A stretch of 64,000 bases of DNA from an uncultured Rhodospirillaceae bacterium (GTDB taxonomy: Bacteria; Pseudomonadota; Alphaproteobacteria; UBA11136), in contig CAZAKR010000002.1 of assembly GCA_964486105.1 (NCBI GenBank), positions 62,949 to 126,948 on the forward strand, in the 5' to 3' direction. Both the position numbers and the translations under genes were made by a program. The notes beneath the pieces were generated by a model, which made no database searches, had not been told where the DNA came from, and saw only the letters and a list, made by a program, of their open reading frames with translations. How positions within the stretch are numbered: the stretch's first letter is position 1; every line of letters starts with the position of its first letter. Positions 61,995 to 64,000 of the stretch are shown here, piece by piece.

Positions 61995-62729
61995 TTATTT
62001 GCCGCTAAGCGCCCTCATATCCGCCTCTCCGACCCGCCCGTCGTAAAGGGCGCTGGCCAACAAAACTCCGGCCACACCCTGCCTTTCAAGCCGGATCAGA
62101 TCATCGCGTCCGCGCACCCCGCCTGCGGCAATGATATCGATGGGACGGTCCTCATCGCGTCCTGCAGCTTTTGCCGAGATGTCCGCCAGGCGGTCATAAT
62201 CGGGACCGCTATCGCCCCCAATCCGGCCCAGGCTCATGGCAATCACGCGACGCGGCCACAATGCCGGCATATCCAGCAAATCCTTGGGGCCGAGAAAGTC
62301 TCCCCGGCGAAAATCCAGTGAAAGGACGAAACGGTTTTCATCTCCTTCCATCAGCCTTCGCAAAAGCGCCGTATCTTTCTGGCTTTCGCTGCCGATAACG
62401 AGGGACCCCGAATGGCGCGCCAGCCACGCGCTTGCGGCTTCCTTCCCATTGATCCCCCCATCAACCCAGAACTCGACGTCGGGAAAGTCTGCTTGCAAGG
62501 CTGAAACAGCCTCCTCATTGCCCCCGCAACCTTCAATCTGGTCGAGATCGGCAAGATAAATCGTGCTAAAGGAATGCAGGCCGAGCAAAGCCCGGCAAAC
62601 CGCAAGCGGGCTGCTGCCCTCGCAAAGCGGGGTTTCCAGCGGCCGGTAGGCGGCGCGGCGGCCACCCCTTGCATGGACGACCTGGCCGCCCATAAGGTCA
62701 AGAACAGGGATCAGTTTCAAAAGGCTCAA
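61995..62729 (-). CDS. HisA/HisF-family TIM-barrel protein, H4MPT biosynthesis-associated. TTG start
   Basis: N-terminal LIPVLDLMGGQVVHARGG matches the HisA/HisF barrel signature. 244 aa. Confidence 0.6.
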   Translation of the reverse strand: MSLLKLIPVLDLMGGQVVHARGGRRAAYRPLETPLCEGSSPLAVCRALLGLHSFSTIYLADLDQIEGCGGNEEAVSALQADFPDVEFWVDGGINGKEAASAWLARHSGSLVIGSESQKDTALLRRLMEGDENRFVLSLDFRRGDFLGPKDLLDMPALWPRRVIAMSLGRIGGDSGPDYDRLADISAKAAGRDEDRPIDIIAAGGVRGRDDLIRLERQGVAGVLLASALYDGRVGEADMRALSGK

Positions 62730-62732
62730 ACC

Positions 62733-63740
62733 TTGAAGATTTTTGTCTGCGAATACATTACCGGAGGCGGGCTTTCAGGCGAACCCCTACCGCCTTCCCT
62801 GGCAAAAGAGGGGGACCTCATGCTCGGCGCGCTGATCCATGACCTCTCGCAAACCCGCGTCAACGGCGCCGCCCCGACAATCATCGCCAGCCGCGACCCC
62901 CGCCTGCCCGTCCCCGACCTTCCCGCCCGTTTCGTTTTTCCAGAGCCCGGCGAGGACATCGGCGCGCTGTGGAGCCGCCTGATCGCCGATGCCCAGGCCG
63001 TCTGGCCGATCGCCCCGGAAACCGACGGCGCTTTGACGGAATTATCGGCCCTTGTGCTTGCCTTGGAGCGGCTTCTGCTGGGCTCGACCCCGGATGCGAT
63101 AAGGGTCACGGCGAGCAAATTCAAGACCCTGCGGCGGCTCAATGTGGCGAAAATCCCCACCGTGCCGGGCTCCCGGATCTGGGAAACGCCAATGCACGCG
63201 CAATCGGGTTACGTGCTTAAGCCCGACGACGGCGCAGGCGCCGCCGACACCCGCTATTTTGAAACATTCCCCGCCCTCCAGGGCTGGCTCGACGGACAGC
63301 ACCATGACCGGGCCTTTATGGTTCAGCCCTTCATGGATGGCGAGATAGCCAGCCTCTCCGTTCTATTTCTGGATGGAAGGGCGGAACTCCTCACCTGCAA
63401 CCGGCAAACTGTCGCGCTTGAACAATCGGCGTTCCACCTTGAGACGATTGAGATCGCCACCCTGGAATCCCGCCGCCCCGCCTTTACCGCATTGGCTGAA
63501 AAACTTGCCGCCGCCTTCCCTGGTCTCTGGGGCTATGCCGGAATCGATGTGATCTGCCAGGGGGATGACATCCTTGTGCTGGAGATCAACCCCCGCCTGA
63601 CCACCTCCTATGTAGGCTTACACGAGTCCCTGGGCGTCAACCCGGCCCAACTGGTTCTCGACCTCGCCACCGGCGCCGGCCTGCCCCATTTGACAGGCCA
63701 TCCCGCACCGGTAACGATTACCCTTCAAGATGACAAATAA
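62733..63740 (+). CDS. ATP-grasp family protein, H4MPT-linked C1 pathway. TTG start inferred at 62733 (ORF-track ATG 62574 would overlap the HisA/F-like gene in antisense)
   Basis: MKIFVCEYITGGG-type N-terminus and ATP-grasp EINPRLT motif. Confidence 0.55.
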   Translation: MKIFVCEYITGGGLSGEPLPPSLAKEGDLMLGALIHDLSQTRVNGAAPTIIASRDPRLPVPDLPARFVFPEPGEDIGALWSRLIADAQAVWPIAPETDGALTELSALVLALERLLLGSTPDAIRVTASKFKTLRRLNVAKIPTVPGSRIWETPMHAQSGYVLKPDDGAGAADTRYFETFPALQGWLDGQHHDRAFMVQPFMDGEIASLSVLFLDGRAELLTCNRQTVALEQSAFHLETIEIATLESRRPAFTALAEKLAAAFPGLWGYAGIDVICQGDDILVLEINPRLTTSYVGLHESLGVNPAQLVLDLATGAGLPHLTGHPAPVTITLQDDK

Positions 63741-64000
63741 TACCGCACATAAAGAACCGGCAGCCGGTTGGGATATCGGCGGCGCCCACCTCAAGGCGGT
63801 TTTGATGTCGCGGCAAGGCTTGGTGATTGACGCCCTGCAATTGCCCTGCCCCTTGTGGAAAGGACTCGACCATCTTTCATCGGCAGTGGCCGCCGTGCTT
63901 GAGCGCTTCGGCCCGGTCTCCCGCCACGGGGTAACCATGACCGGCGAACTGGCCGATCTTTTCGCCACCCGTAAAGAGGGCGTGCAAAAGCTCATCGCCG
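63730..64000 (+). CDS. Hydantoinase/oxoprolinase N-terminal-like H4MPT-pathway protein, partial at window end
   Basis: MTNNTAHKEPAAGWDIGGAHLKAV... ATG overlaps the previous stop by 11 nt. Runs off the window. Confidence 0.4.
   Translation, partial: MTNNTAHKEPAAGWDIGGAHLKAVLMSRQGLVIDALQLPCPLWKGLDHLSSAVAAVLERFGPVSRHGVTMTGELADLFATRKEGVQKLIA

Overview
High-GC (~60%) chromosomal segment that looks alphaproteobacterial and methylotroph-like. No rRNA, tRNA, CRISPR array or transposase/integrase was found. It has five functional blocks.
(1) Housekeeping and stress genes: a partial or interrupted ORF set next to an XRE/S24 LexA-like repressor with direct-repeat operators, a phasin with a histone H1-like KKAA-repeat tail, class I lysyl-tRNA synthetase, dCMP deaminase, a DinG-family helicase, groES-groEL with a CIRCE operator, the sulfate assimilation operon cysI-cysH-cysD-cysNC, heme A synthase, a PhyH-family dioxygenase and a beta-barrel OMP.
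(2) A complete hopanoid biosynthesis cluster (hpnC, dxs, hpnD, hpnE, shc, hpnG, hpnH, ispH, hpnA, hpnN, hpnM).
(3) Embedded in the hopanoid cluster is a 2-aminoethylphosphonate (AEP) module: a PEP mutase fused to a cytidylyltransferase-like domain, phosphonopyruvate decarboxylase and an AEP transaminase. It sits with a second LicC-like nucleotidyltransferase and three paralogous CDP-alcohol phosphatidyltransferase-family membrane proteins. Together these form a candidate phosphonate-headgroup lipid or hopanoid pathway that I do not recognise as described.
(4) Two tandem truncated-hemoglobin paralogs.
(5) A tetrahydromethanopterin (H4MPT) C1 module: fae, mtdB, mch, mptG, H4MPT-biosynthesis ATP-grasp/CitG-like/HisAF-like genes, and a duplicated formyl-MFR block. 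An fhcB-fhcA ... fhcD-fhcC set is split by an inserted fwdD-fwdB-fwdA-ftr-fwdC module. Its FwdB keeps the catalytic Cys (VCHGP), and a 7Fe ferredoxin and an FprA-type ferredoxin-NADP reductase follow it. This suggests a bona fide Mo/W formylmethanofuran dehydrogenase in addition to the hydrolytic Fhc complex.
All calls come from reading the translated ORFs and the DNA by eye. No database searches were run.
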